Origin: Camelus ferus
Taxonomy: Eukaryota
Length of the DNA stretch: 64,000 nucleotides
Reading direction: 5' to 3'
NCBI RefSeq assembly: GCF_009834535.1
Contig: NC_045696.1
Location: 100,008,001 to 100,072,000, forward strand
Shown here: piece after piece, positions 1-13,779 of the stretch
How positions within the stretch are numbered: position 1 is the stretch's first letter
Layout: every line of letters starts with the position of its first letter
Program-made: the position numbers and the translations under genes
Notes under the pieces: generated by a model
Databases searched by the model: none
The model's input: only the letters and a program-made list of their open reading frames with translations
What the model was told of the DNA's origin: nothing

Positions 1-334
1 ACTACGTATTATGCAAGGCTATGAGCATTAAATTATCTAACAATTGTAAAACTTTTGTATGCCATGAATATACTAAATGTTATATATTGTATTAGTTAAA
101 AAATGTTTTCAGCAGCATTAATATGATGATTTGTTTATAATTTATCTTTTTTTAGTATTTTATCCTTTATTACAGTATATTCTTTTGATACTTACCTAGG
201 TTGCTAGTGTTCTATTTGGATTTTTTTTATTTATCTTTACATTGTAGGTAAAATTATAGTTTTCCTTTTAGAATGTATTTATCAAATATTGGTATTAAAT
301 TTTTAGATTTATCAATTTAATTCAAATATACCAC

Positions 335-1238
335 AATTCTATTTTTTATCCACATGTCTGATACAAAATGTATGTTTTTTTTTTTTTTCTCTATGAAACA
401 GTTCTCCAGTTCTCCAGACACCAACTGGGTGTGCAACTCAATTAAATTCTGACACTAACTAATTGGAGTTGATGCAGACCCCAAAGCTTAAGGGCTCAGT
501 CTCACTAGACTACGCCCACTTCAGATGCTAATTACAAGTCCCAACCTCCTGCACTTCTGACCTACTGGCTATAAATTAGGGATGCCAATGACCCCCTCCT
601 TAGGCTCAGTAATTTGCTAGGATAATCACAGAACTCAGAACACACTTTACTCATGTTTATAGGTTTTTATAAAGGATATTATAAGATACAGATGAAGAGG
701 AAGTTAAAGAATTACATAGGGACGGTCTGGAAGGGCCCTGAGTACAGGAGCTTCTGTCACCATGGAGTTGTGCTATACCACCCTCCCAGCACATGGATAT
801 GTTCACCAACCTGGATGGTCTCCAAACACTGTTGTTTAGAGTATTTATGGAAGTTTTATTACATATGCATGATTTATTATATCACTGGCCACTGGAGATT
901 AAGTCAGTCTCTAGCCTCTGTCTCCTCCCCAGAGGTCAAGGGAAGGGCTCAGAGTGCCAAGTTTCTAATCATTGCTTGGACTTTCTGGTAACCAGCCCCC
1001 AAGCTGAAACTGTCAGGGGCCCACAGCCACCAGTCATCTCATTAGCCCACAAAACTTTTATCACTCAAGAGATTCCAAAAATGTTAGCATCTATGTGCCA
1101 GGAACCTGGGACAAAGACCACATATTGTGACAAAAGACTCTCTTACAATCCCTATTAATCAGAAAATTACAACAGTTTTAACAGATGTATGTCAGGAACC
1201 AGGGACGAAGACTAAATATGTATTTCTTCTTGTGTCAC
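335..1238. mobile_element. MER21-like LTR (paralogous copy at ~46300-47614)
   Basis: Characteristic ccagacaccaactgggtgt...aattctgacactaact...gcagacccc...aagggctcagtc sequence, ending tgtcaca. Explains ORFs 653-1309. Confidence 0.75.
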
Positions 1239-1624
1239 AAATACCAATAAATAATTTCCAGGTTGAATTAAGTTTATTACAAAAATTTTCTCCTTCAAAA
1301 TTCAGCTAAAAAATACTTGGTCCTGATAACTTTTCAGTTTCGAATCATTATTCATATTTTTGATGCTTCTCATTAAAAATCACATTTTATATTTCTTGCA
1401 TGAGTTTTAGTACAGTTTAAAAGTTCTTGCTTTAGGAATCAAAAAGGGGAACTGTTAATATCTATTAGTGAGATTATGGTGGCAGGTAAGTTATTGTCTG
1501 TATTTTTTTTAATTTTTAAAATATTCAAAAATTAAAAATAAAATTTAAAAAGATTTATTTACTAGCTACATATGCTTAAATGACAGCTATTATCTGATGG
1601 AGCACTAAAGTGTACAAGAGATTT

Positions 1625-2065
1625 GCATTAATCTGTTTTGCCACCATAATGTTGCATAACATATAACCCCTAAAGCTCAGTGGCTTAAAAAAATAAGCAT
1701 TTATTCTCCTGTTTATGGGTCTGCAAGTCAACTGTATCTGGGGGATATACCTGGGCTCAACCAGATGGCTCTGATTTAAGGCTGCCAGTGGTCTCAGGTC
1801 TGCTCCTGGTATGTTCATTCTGGAGCTGTAGCAACAGCAGCTGCCTGGATCATTCTTCTCTGGTGGCTGATCGCTGGAGACCAAGACTCAAGGCCAAACC
1901 ACTCAGCCTTGTTTAAGGTCTCTGCTCATGTCACATCCACTAACACTCTGTCAGTCAAACAAGGCACATGGCCAAGCCTAATTTCAATGTGCAGGGAAGG
2001 ATACTGGGCTAACAGTAGAAGGGGATTGAAATGAATATTTGATGAAGAGTAATCCATGCTATTGC
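1625..2065. mobile_element. MLT1-like MaLR LTR (paralogous copy at ~48000-48430)
   Basis: ctcagtggcttaaaa...gcatttattctc...ggtctgca and cacatggccaagcc motifs. Confidence 0.65.
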
Positions 2066-3060
2066 AGTGTTCATGTTAGAAATTTAATGCAGGTTTTTAA
2101 AGAACTTAACTACCCATACCCAAATAAAATGAGTCAGCTGTTTTTAGTCTCCCCACATTTATGTACCTAGTCCCAACCTGAGCTAGGATTTAATACATGC
2201 ACATTTGGTACCTTGTGCAAATTTGAAAAGGACACTCCTCTTCCTGGTTTCACACAACCCTGCTTGTACATACTTTGGTGAATGGGGGCTACTTTCAGCC
2301 CCTACGTGCCCGCTTGGTGAGGTGCATCTGTCTGGCTATAACTCTATCTGTCCAACTCTTTATCATGGCCCTTGGCTTTCCACAGGCAGAACTGTAAAAT
2401 TAGAAGAAATTTACTTTGGAGCCTTTTTCTTTCATACACACTTTCTCATTTGTTGTCACCCACCCTCTCCTGTTGTCCAGTCTTACCCCAGCCTTGGACC
2501 TGGGGCATCCCACTTACTGGTTACTTTCCTACACTCAGAACTGCCAGTCCTCTTTTCCAGGCTCCTGGCATTTCACATTTTCCTTCTGACAGCGGGTGAC
2601 AATGGGGCCACCCATCACCTCTAAACACTCAGCCTATGTAAACTCTCTGTGCTTGTCTTAAAGAACTCAGATGTGAGTTTCATTTCCTACCCCCTTGATG
2701 GCTTCTAGAAATTTCATCAAAGCAATATTTCATAGTTGTGTCTTTTCCTGCTTAAATTATATTTTGGATATATTTGGATCAATTCAACTAATTTATCACT
2801 GTCTGTCTTAATGTGGGATTAAAAAATACTAAATATTTTAGCAAAACTACTTTCATAAATGTTCTGTATAGTAAAGAAACTTTTTTTTTCATGTAACTAT
2901 AGACAGATGCAGGTATTTAGATGTATCTAATGAGTGATGTAATTTTTAAAGTTCATTATGGCACATAACTTTAATAGAGTGTTCATTTTATTCTAACTTT
3001 AAAAGTAGTTTTATTATTAGTTTTTTAGAATTCTCTAAGACTCATTTTTTTTCAATTTAG

Positions 3061-3222
3061 ATTAAATCTCTTGAAGAGAAAAATGTGGTTGGCAAGATTT
3101 CTAAGCAATTTACTGGGATTGTAAGAGAGATATTTACAAATTACAGTAATTTTAGCATCCAGTTCCCTTCAAACGCTGATGTGAAAATGAAAGCTGTTGT
3201 GCTTGGCGCGTGTTTCCTCCTT
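3061..3222 (+). CDS. PLSCR1/2-like paralog A, penultimate coding exon ([54 protein letters not shown])
   Basis: Acceptor tttttcaatttag, donor gtaagt at 3223, 162 nt open in phase 0. The translation matches the scramblase C-terminal segment (GKISK NLS, IQFP, DVKMKAV..GACFL helix). Confidence 0.95.
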
Positions 3223-3699
3223 GTAAGTCTATGCTTGCTAATCTTGGGTATAGATGTTTTTCTAGTATCATTCTAATATTTATTAAATTTTACATTTTAA
3301 AAGTGACCTTCTCAAATGTATAGGTTTTATTCATAGGGTTCCCATTTAATCCTAGCTCTGAAATTCCATTTTCTCCTGATACTGTGGATTCAGTGGTGAC
3401 TAGTGCTCTCTGGAAAGCCTACTTAGTTTCACAGGTCAACAGAAGGGCCTACGTGTTAAGGAGATGCCCTGGTCTTTGGGGCTTGTATTAAAAAATCAAA
3501 ATTGGTGCGTTGGAGAATACTTTAAATATGGGCTTATAAGGGATACAACTCAAACAGGGAGATTTCCTTCTGATTCACTATTAAATTTAATCATCTAATA
3601 CAAGAGAGTAACCTGCAATAAAAGTCTACATTCAATCAAGCCATTAATCGAACTGCCAAATGAGAGAAAATAAATGGGAGTAGAGTGATGATCCTGAAC

Positions 3700-4030
3700 T
3701 TGGCTTCCCATTAAATAACCTAGGTAGATTTCAAAAACCCCAAGTACCAAATCACACCCCAGTTCAATTAAATCAGAAGCTCAGAATCAGAAGTTTGTAT
3801 AGTTCCTCAGATGATTCCATATGCAGCCAAAGTCAAAGACATCTGGGACAGAGGAAAGATTTTCAACCTTAGCTGCAGAGTGAAAGCACCTGGGTAGCTT
3901 TTCAAACTCCCTATGTCAAGACTGCATCCAGATCTAGTAAACCAAAATCTCTGGAGGTGGGAACAAGCCTTCAAGCTGTTTCGAGCTGTCCTGTGATTCC
4001 AATATGCAAGCAAGGTTTGAATTACTAGAT
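3700..4030. mobile_element. MER5-like hAT MITE fragments (paralog at ~50050-50390)
   Basis: aatcagaa...cagatgattccatatgcagccaaag and gtgattccaatatgca...aaggtttga motifs. Confidence 0.55.
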
Positions 4031-4069
4031 GACTATCTTAAACATTCATTTGGGGATGCAATCTGAAAA

Positions 4070-4580
4070 AAGTTAAATTTTGAGACAATATACAGCAGAA
4101 AGAGCCAGTTCCTTCAACAAAAACCAAGAAAGATAAAAAGATAAAAATAAAATTAAAAAAGGAGAGAGACATCAACCTAATACAGTTTGTGAACCATGTT
4201 TAGCTACGGATTTGAAGAAATCAATGTGAAAACACATTTACAAGACATTCAGGGAATTTGAACATTGACTGGCTATTTGATGATATTAGTGAATTATTAA
4301 GGCTTTTTTTAAGCTCTAATGATGATGATCTAGTGGTTATAGAAAAGAAAACACCATCCATATCTTTTATAGGCAAATCCTAAAATATTTCAGTATCAAA
4401 TGGTATAATATCAGGGTTTGCTTGTAAGTAATAAAGAATAGAGCAGGATATAAGAGATGGAATAATTGCTGAACCAAGATTAGTCATGTTAATATTCACT
4501 GAAGCTGGGTAAAGGGCCTTTGGGACTTAGTTATGCAATTCTGTCTAATTTGGGATATGCTTAATATTTTCTATAATTAC
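4070..4580 (+). mobile_element. Ancient L1 (L1ME/MC-like) 3' UTR fragment
   Basis: gggaatttgaacattgactggctatttgatgatatta...gaagctgggt...ttttctataat pattern. Confidence 0.55.
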
Positions 4581-5658
4581 TTACAACCAGAGTTCTATGT
4601 AAAAACTGTGTTTTCAGTGTTGGTTTCACAGAAAAAGCAAAATCTACCCTTAACCTTGAGGGAACAGTTCAACAAAGGCAGGAATAATGTGAACGATGTG
4701 GTGCGTTTAGGGAAGAGAGGCAACCCGGGGTGTCTGGCTGGACGGTTCATGAGACTGAGGCGGGGTGGTGGGCTTATTAGGAAATGACTTTGGCCTTCCT
4801 CTAAAGGACCTTTAAAGATTAAGTAATTTTTTGTAGAGGTTGGCAATTCATTGAAAATTGTTTTGTTAATTTGTTGGTTTCAAACTAGGTATAAGTAAAT
4901 TTTATACATATTTATAGTTATACCTAGTTATACATCCAAAGTTTTGAAAGATAAATCCTGGTGTCTATGTGAGAAATGAATTTGAGAGGTAAAACTAATA
5001 GTGCAACTGCAAGTTATTAGCAATAAGGATTAAATTATTTCTGTTGAAGGGATAAAGGAAAATAATAGGTGAGAGAAATGAATTTCATAGGATTTGGCTA
5101 AAGTCATAGGCGAGGGAGTCTAGATCAATGATGATACAATGAAACAATCTGGCAAGCAAAGTTAGCAAATTGGAAGACAAATCATGAAATGGACACAAAA
5201 TGTCTAATGTGCACTCTGACTCTTGATGTGGCTGTCATTCTTACCAAAGAAAATCCAAAAATTGTACATGGAACCCCAGTCACAAGTTACATTGCTAGAG
5301 AAGGACTACAAAAAGTAGAGGAAGAAAGAACAAACAAGGAAGAGCCAAAGGGGATTATAATGAAATATATATGTAAAACAAAATACAGTGAAATAGAGAG
5401 AAATTACTAGAAGATTAATTAAACTCATGCAGATATCAACAAATGAATAAACTTACAGGATTTAATTGCTATTAAAGTGGAAAGCTTAAGGTAGACTTAT
5501 GTAGCTATAGACTTGCCCCAGATTTTATTTTTTACAGTTAATTTTTCATATTTAACAGATGTATTACTGTTAAATCTGATCCCTTAGCATTTCTGCATCG
5601 GAGAACTGTCTCTCTTTTACTGCTGAAAATTCATTTCTATATCTTTGGTTTTATCTAG

Positions 5659-5718
5659 GATTTCATGTTTTATGAAAATACTGGATGCTCTAAGATTTTG
5701 ACAGCAGGACTGTTGTAG
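5659..5718 (+). CDS. PLSCR1/2-like paralog A, last coding exon (DFMFYENTGCSKILTAGLL*)
   Basis: Acceptor ttttatctag, DFMF motif typical of the scramblase last exon, TAG at 5716-5718. Paralogous to 52801-52860. Confidence 0.93.
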   Translation, partial: DFMFYENTGCSKILTAGLL

Positions 5719-6303
5719 CAATCTTAAAAAAAGTGTCAAAATTTAGTGTCTACACTGATTGGGACTGTGTAAAAGGAAAACTCAGTGTTTTTTCCTTGAA
5801 GGTCATTATACCATATGTGAAATACTCTATGATACCTGTAGCCCAGGTACGTGATTTCACTTCGAAATTATATATTTTATTTTGTTTACTGGCTTATAAA
5901 TATTTTTACACATTTTCTTTGAATGTGACTTTTTAACTTGAGACACGAAACTTCTTATGAAAAACTGCTTTTAATCATATTATATTATTTTTTTCCATTT
6001 TATAGCAAAAGTTAATTAAAGACTATTAAAGTAAGTATGATACAAAATATACTTAATTAAATCTACTTACATTTTTACATATGTAACAACTAATGTTATT
6101 CGGCAAATGTTGTATATTCAAAAGTTAGTATATATTAAATTAATATGTATTAAATTTCCTTTATAAGTATGCCTAAAAAATACTTAATATACGTATTTCC
6201 AAGGAAAAGTAAAAATTTGCATTTATTTTATATGTAGGAATTCACACTACATAAACTTCCCCTATAATCTAATCTGCTACTATTAGACTTTAATTAGCAG
6301 AAG

Positions 6304-6309
6304 AATAAA
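6304..6309 (+). terminator. Candidate polyadenylation signal, paralog A
   Basis: AATAAA ~590 nt after the stop codon, conserved in the paralogous context (aataaattacc) at 53460-53465. Confidence 0.5.
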
Positions 6310-8949
6310 TTACCAAGTTTTGATTTTTTTTTAGTGAACAAAGAGAGATATGACTCTGTCCCAAAGAAGGACACATTGTAAAGTCTCACTCACTCTGAAA
6401 CTGGGGTATGGTTACAATTTTGAGAGTAATTTTTAATATCGAATCATTACCTCCTATATTCTATCACTCATAGACCATGGTAGTTATGAGATCACCCTAG
6501 GTGTTAACAGACAAACATATTCCTTCGCAGAGTATAAACTTCAACAATGGTCTTTTATTACTTATACCAAAAATCAAATAACTGATAAAAAACTGTTGAT
6601 ATATTTCTTTGCATATTCGATATTTTTAAACAAACCATGAACAATTTAGGTGGTATTCTGAACCCTGTACATTTACATCTCTCCGTTTTAAACCACCTTT
6701 AAAAGGAGCGAAAGCATATGATAACCACTAGTAAAATCAATTCCAGTACTGGAAACTAGGATTTCTAACCTGTCAGAAAGTTAAAGAAATTTTTGCAATC
6801 GATTATGTAGGGAAGATTGGATTAAGAGAGAGAGATCCAACCCACAGGTTACCTCATGCAAAGGGAAAGTGTGCTTAGGGAATAGGAGCTTAGGGGAGAG
6901 GCTCCCTTTCACCCTCAGCAGAACTCCAGCACCACTGGCTCCTGATGCTGAGAACACTGGGAGGGCAGGGGGGCTACGGGAAAAGTGGTGTCCCGACCAC
7001 CTTTCATTAGCCTAATCAATTCACCAGATGCCGGGTTCTCATGATGAATTATAACTGAGGCACTCAGGTCCGTTTACAGTTGGTACAGACAGCATGCCAG
7101 GTAGATGAGGCACTTGCACAGCTGGATCCCAGGAGCATTAGTTATGCCAGTTAGAGAAGGGGAGGGCTTTCCAAGCCAGCAGTCAGGTACCACAACCAAC
7201 CCAAAAGGACACTAAAGGAGTGATGTGATCTCTGTGACAGCTACATCTTGCTTTAATTTTCCCCCTCAGCCTCCCTGTTTTCCTCCTCCCACTTATTTGC
7301 ATAGGACTCAGGATCTCTGGTTAAGCAAAGTAAATCTACAACAGATCTGAATTCCTTCCTTCCTCAACTGCACAGAGAAGCCTTGAGCAGAAACACACAC
7401 TATCTGCAGAATTCATTTAATTTCAAATACTAGACAAATAACTTCTCATTAGATACTTACAAAGAGAAAAGTCATCAAACATAGAAAGTTATAAATTTAA
7501 ATAACAAAAATATCAGGAATTGCAACATATGTCTTAATTTGTAACCTCAGTGACATTTAGGGGATGTTGCATATTCATTTCTGGAGAAGCAGAGAAACAG
7601 GAACATTCTGATGCAGCAGAATTTTAGTAAAGGTGTGAAATATGATGACCACATTTTAAAGTATGATGGAGACAATGGAACAGTAGATTGCATAAAGCAG
7701 AAAGATAATACAATACAATAAAAAATTTATAAATTCTCCTGGAAGTCAGATAAACACAAACTGTAGAGAAAAAAGATGATTCCTGAGAGACATATACATC
7801 TATTTCATTTTATGCACAACATAAATTCCAGAAGGAAAATTCAGATGGAGCCAAGAAAATAATAAAGAGTAAGAAAACTTTCTTGCAATCAGGACAAACT
7901 GTATTCTTTTAGGTGAATGAATTGACCATATATCAGAATAATTCATGAAAATAACTACTTATGTTCTTAAATAATAATAACCCCTATTATGATTATTTCT
8001 TCACAAAACAATTATTATAGATATTATTAGGCCTTAGTAGAATGGTTTCTGTAGCCTGAATTCCATGATATTCCCACAATCTAGTTCATTTTTTCTTACT
8101 TCATCAATAAGGTTCAACCAGTTCAGCACTGTTTAATCACAGACATTTAAAGGACCAAAGAATACGGAACAAAAAGAAATCCTATAAAAGTGTTGTGACC
8201 TTGTCCCCCATTTCCCATGTCTGCCTTTGAGCAGAAACCTTACCAGTTCAGAGATTCTGTCCGTCAGCGTGATGTGACTTAGAGAGACGTGGGGTCATGG
8301 ATCATTCGGAGCAGGGGCTCCCTTTTCCTGCCTTTTTCACCCTGAAAAGAACAAAGAGAAAGTGTCATATCTCAGGTCATCATTCTGCCCACCAAGTACT
8401 AGCTCTTGGTTTCTAAATACCATTCTCCACTCAAACTGGGCTCTTTGAGAAATAGTTGATTCCAGAGTTGAAGCCAGGAAAAGTACAAGATGAGCCTCGA
8501 ACAATTCATGAAATAGCAAGGAAGTGCTCAAGGAATGATGGTGGCGTGTCCAAAGGATAAAGTTGAAAGAACTCCAGCCACAAAATTAAGGACAATCTGA
8601 ACATCAAAATATTTTATAAGAGATTATTAATCATTAGAGAAAATAGAACACTATGTACCTATTGATAACAAGAAACATGAAAGTTTAGTTTGATGAAGAA
8701 AAAGATATATATGACTTCAATATATTTTCCCATGAAATCCTTTTACTTTTAAAGAGAGAAAGAGCAACTTTCACAGCAAAGTCTGGCAGCCCCCACTATG
8801 ATCATGTGATCAAAGTGATCATTGTCAGTAAAGTAATCATCGTCAATAATCAGACAACCTGCAGTTTACTATTGCCTGATAAGGAGCAGGAAGATGCAGC
8901 CTCACAGGAATCTTGACACGTTGTTTAGAACAGTACATAATGCAGTAAT

Positions 8950-9930
8950 ATTTTTCCAAGTTTCACTGAGACACAATTGACAAATAATATTGTATTAGCT
9001 TTAGGTGTACAATACAATGATTTGAAATATGTATATATTGCAAAATGATTACCACAGTAATTTAGTCAACATCCATTACCTCATATAATTAGAATTTTTC
9101 CCTGTGATGAGAACTTCTAGGTCTACTCTCTTATGAATTTTCAAATACACAATATGGTATTATTAACTATACTCACCATGTGTCACATTACATCCCAGGA
9201 CTTATTTGTCTTATAACTGGAAAGTTGTACATTTTTCCCACCTTCATCCATTTTGACGAACCCCTAACCACTGTCTCTGGTAACCACCAATATGTTCTCT
9301 TATCTACTATTTTTTTTAGATCCCACATAAAAGAGATCATACAGTATTTTTCTTTTTCTGTCTGACAATTTCACTTAGCAGGATAACTTTGTCACAAATG
9401 TCAAGCTTTCATCATTGCTTTTTATGGCTGAGTAATATTCAATTATATATACACATATATAAATATATGTGTATGTATACACACACACACACACCTTCTT
9501 TATCTGTTTATCTTTTGATGAGCACTTAGGTTGCTTCCATATCTGGCAATTATAAATAATGACACAATGAACAAACGGGTTCATTTTTAAATTAGTGCTT
9601 TATTTTCAAAGTAGTGTTTTCATCTTTGTTGGATGAAAACCCAGAAGTGAAATTGCTGGATTGTATGGTAATTCTATTTTTAGTTTTTTGAGGAAACTCC
9701 ACATTGTTTTCCATAATAGCTGCACCAATTTACATACTCACAAAAAGTGCACAAGGGTTCTCTTTTCTCCACATCCTTGCCAACAGTTATTTATTATCTT
9801 TTTGACAACATTCTACAGGTGTGAGGTGATATCTCACTGTGTTTTTGATTTACATTTCCCTGATGTTAGTGATGTTGAGCATCATTTCATGTGTCTGTTG
9901 GCCATCTGTATGTCTTTGGAAAAATATATA
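8950..9930 (-). mobile_element. L1 3' end (same insertion as 56040-57000)
   Basis: Typical L1 3' UTR / ORF2 end on the minus strand; the flank is homologous to copy B. Confidence 0.85.
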
Positions 9931-10574
9931 CATGTTTTCCCAATAGATTTACTTTTGTAAACAAGTGTCTCAAATGTTGCTTCCAGTTCAAAACAAATGA
10001 AAATAAGGATGTATTTCCCCTATCTCCTAAGTCTATAATAAAATTTTAGTAAGTGAAGATACAGATGGATAAATCAGAACCAGCGAAAGATAGCCCAGAA
10101 CACATAGGGACAGTCTGCAATGGAGAAAAGACCTTATCCTTTGGTGGTAACTGCCTCAAAGACAGCAGTGTCATGCAAGATGGGAGTAGGCAGATGTTAA
10201 CTGAAAATCTGTCTACTGAAATACTGTGCTAGTCAGATTGCCCCAAACTCACCTGACTTCTAAACCCCTTCCTTTTCCCCATGCACATTAAGCATAATCA
10301 GCCCAGCACCAGTCCTAGGCATCCAAAGATAGCATTCTTATTTAAATAATTACAATTAACTGCATATGCAGAATTAAGATTTCTAAAGTTGTTGGAATGC
10401 CTTCCAGAGCCATAGAGCAAAGCTCTCCTCACTTCAACATCCAAGGAGTGGTTTCTCCATCTACTCACCCTAAAGATAACAAGCATTCTTCATACATGGG
10501 CCTACCAGTCCTATTCTACTAGAGAGAGACAGAGCAGAAAAACAGGCTTACAAAAAGCAGACACAATGACAGTG

Positions 10575-12205
10575 ATGTTTCTGTGAGTCTACATCTGGGC
10601 TCTCTGTCCTGTTCTGTTGATCTATTTGTCTGCTCTTTCACTGACAGTATACTGTCTCGATTACCGTGGCTTCGTTGTCCTAAGCCGTGATGTCCAGTGC
10701 TGCCAATCCTCCAGCTTTGTTCTTCTCCTTCAGTATTGTGCTCTCTATCCTGGGTCTCTGTCTCCTCATGTAAACTTTAATATCAGTTTATTTTCGATAT
10801 TCACAAAGTAACTTTCCTGGGATTTCACCTGGGATTGCATTTCATCTTTAGATCAAGTTGGGAAGAACTGACATCCTCACAATATTGAGCATTCCTGACT
10901 ATGAACATGGATTATCTCTCCATTTATTTGGTCCTTTGAATTCATTCATCAGTTTTTGTACTTTTACTCATAGAGAATTTGTACATACTTTGTTAGATTT
11001 ATATCTAAATATTTCATGCTCAGGGTACTCATGTAAATAGTACTGTGCTTTTCATTTCAAATTCCACTTGTTCATTTCTGGTATAGGAAAATGATTGACT
11101 TTTGTATATTAATCTTACATCCTGAAACATTAATACTTCCTTATTATAAGTTCCAGTAGGTTTTGGTTGTGATTCTTTCTGATTTTCTACATGAACAAAG
11201 ACAGTTTATTTCTTCCTTCCCAGTCTGTATGCTTTTTATTTCCTTTTCTTAAGGCATTAGCTAGAATTCCAGTACAATCTTATAGATATTTTTGTATCCA
11301 GCTGAGGAACTTCCCCTCCATTCCTAGTTTACTGAGACTTTCTTTTTCCTAATCATAAATAGATGATGGATTTTGTCATATGCAATTTCTACATGTATTT
11401 ATATAATCATGTTATTTTTCTTTTTAATCTATTGATGTGCCATATTATGTTAATTGATTTTCAAATGTTGAACCAGATTTGCATACCTGGGATAAATCCC
11501 ACTTGGGCATAGTATGTAATTCTTTTCATATGTTGTTAGGTTCATTTTGTTAATATTTTGTTGAGGTTTTCTCATATATGTTCACAAGTGATATTGGTCT
11601 GTAGGTTTCTTCTCTCTGTAATGTCTTTGTCTGGTTTTGGTGTTAGGGTAATGCTGACCTAATAAAATGAGTTAGGAAGTATTTTCCCTGCTTTTATCCT
11701 CTTCAAGAGATTGTAGAGAATTGGTATAATTTCCTCCTTAATTATTTGATAGAGATCACTAGTGCACCATTTGGGTCTGGTGCTTCCTGTTTTGGAAACT
11801 TGTCAATTTATGGTTCAATTTCGTTAATAGTTATAGTTCTATTTAGATTGGCTATTTCTTCTTTGAATTTTGGCAGACTGTGTCTTTCAAAGAATTGGTC
11901 CGTTTCATCTAGGTTATCAAATGTGTGGGCACAGAATTGTTCAGTATTCTTTATTATTCTTTTAATGTCCATGGGATCTGTGCCATGGCCTCTTTCCTTT
12001 CTAATGTTAATCATGTCCTCTCTTTTTTTTTCCCTTTGCCTGTCTAGAGGCATATTGACTTTATTGATATTTCCACAGAAACAGCTTTTGGTTTCATTGA
12101 TTTTTCTCTATTTTCTGTTTTCAATTGCATTGATTTCTTCTCTAATTCTTATTATTTCTCTTCTGCTTATTTTGGATTTAAATTGCTCTTTTTTTTTTTA
12201 ATTTA
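10575..12205 (-). mobile_element. L1 ORF2 fragment
   Basis: The minus-strand ORF 11808-12053 is ORF2-like (DNLDETDQFFERHSLPKF..EI.NLNR.IT..EIE). Confidence 0.88.
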
Positions 12206-13779
12206 CCAAGGTAGACAGATGAGGGTTTGCTAAAACACATGAAGGAAAACTACTTCTTTTATAAATTCTGCTTGAAAAAATGAATATTCATGTACAATTT
12301 CAAACCTCTAAAGATGTAGCTAATTTAGAAGGCTAAATTTCCCATATTAAAAACAAACAAGAAACAAAAATACTAACTTACATACATTTTTAAAAGTTAG
12401 TAAGAGTTTAAAATGATAATATACATTTCATAGCAATTATAGACATACAACTTGGGTGTTTTTGCCACTAGATGGTACTACTTTCAGAAAAACAAACTTT
12501 TTCAATTTTTCTTCCCTAGTGCAAAGCACAGTACTTGATATCACAGAAGAAGCCTGATATATATTTGCTGAGTGAAAGTCAATCTTAACTTCCAAGTCAG
12601 AATATATATGCCAAATTTCTCATCATATTCATCCACTATGAATACAGATGGAATAAATCCCACAGATATATTTGTCTGGATTATGTATTAGTGAATATAT
12701 ACATCTTGGAATCCTCATCTGATTCTGAATACCTCTGAATAAATTCTGATTTTATGACTTAACAGAGCTGTACCTATTAGGAGTTATGTATGTATTATCT
12801 CAAGTTAATTCTTCAAGACTTATTTTAATACAGAGAGGCAATTTGGAGAATTTCTAGCCTTTTAGCTGTGCTTGAGCAAAGTTAGTTCATTTCCTAAGCC
12901 AGAGTAGCAGCAAAATATAAATAAATAAATAGGTAAAGTTTGTTCACGTTTGTCTTTACAGTGGCCAGTTTTAATGAAATCAGCAAGTAAATTAAGAAAC
13001 CCCAGGGAATACAAGCAGTAAATAAACATAAACAGATTACCATCAAACAGCAAGCTGACCTCATATATAAATTTCCCAAATCTTTTGGATTTTTAACTGG
13101 TGGAAATGACACACACTTCCGATTATAAATATGATATTTTCATCCATAAATAAAAATTGCAGGTAGTATACTTCAAATCATAGGTAAGGAATGTGGCTAG
13201 TTAGTACATTGTGTTCTTTACAAGGTGATAAATTCACCCCCTAGTTTGTCTAGTTAACTGTAATTCTTCCCACTGATACAAACATCTCATTTATTCTGGC
13301 AATCCTTATTCCAAAGCATGAGTTAACAAAAAATTCAGAAGGGTGAGAAAAAAAAAGATTAGCAATAAATCAAAGCACATTATCTACCTAGGCTGATAAT
13401 AATGATGACAATACTTAACACATATTGAGCATTGAGTACATATTAGACATGTACTAACTATACATTAACTTATTTGACCCTAATCTTTTTATAATATTAT
13501 TTCCACTTTAGAGATGAGACAGCAGAGGAGGAAACGGTGCAGAGTGGTGGAGCAAGCAGAGAGCACCTTTGTAGAATTTACAACTGGGTCAGCACTGAGT
13601 CACTAACACTCATGCTTCATATTTAGGTGTATGTGAACAACCAGTAGGTGTTAAGAAGTCTAAAAATATTGTTATTGTTTACTGACCAATTAGTTCAGTG
13701 AATGTAGCTATAAACATACGTACATCTATACATAAACATACCTACATCTATACATACATATGAGTGTGTACTCATGCAA

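Larger units (their letters stand above)
1..9930 (+). repeat. Segmental duplication, copy A (paralogous to ~45950-57000)
   Basis: Collinear homology across intron, exons, 3' UTR and downstream flank, including shared old LTR and L1 insertions. Probably extends beyond the window start. Confidence 0.93.

Noticed and set aside
653..1309. Overlapping ORFs of 60-121 aa
   Set aside because: They lie within a MER21-like LTR and are not preserved in copy B.
2205..2624. 139-aa ORF with a similar ORF at 48633-48977
   Set aside because: No ATG start, intronic, and frameshifted between the copies. The similarity reflects DNA-level identity only.
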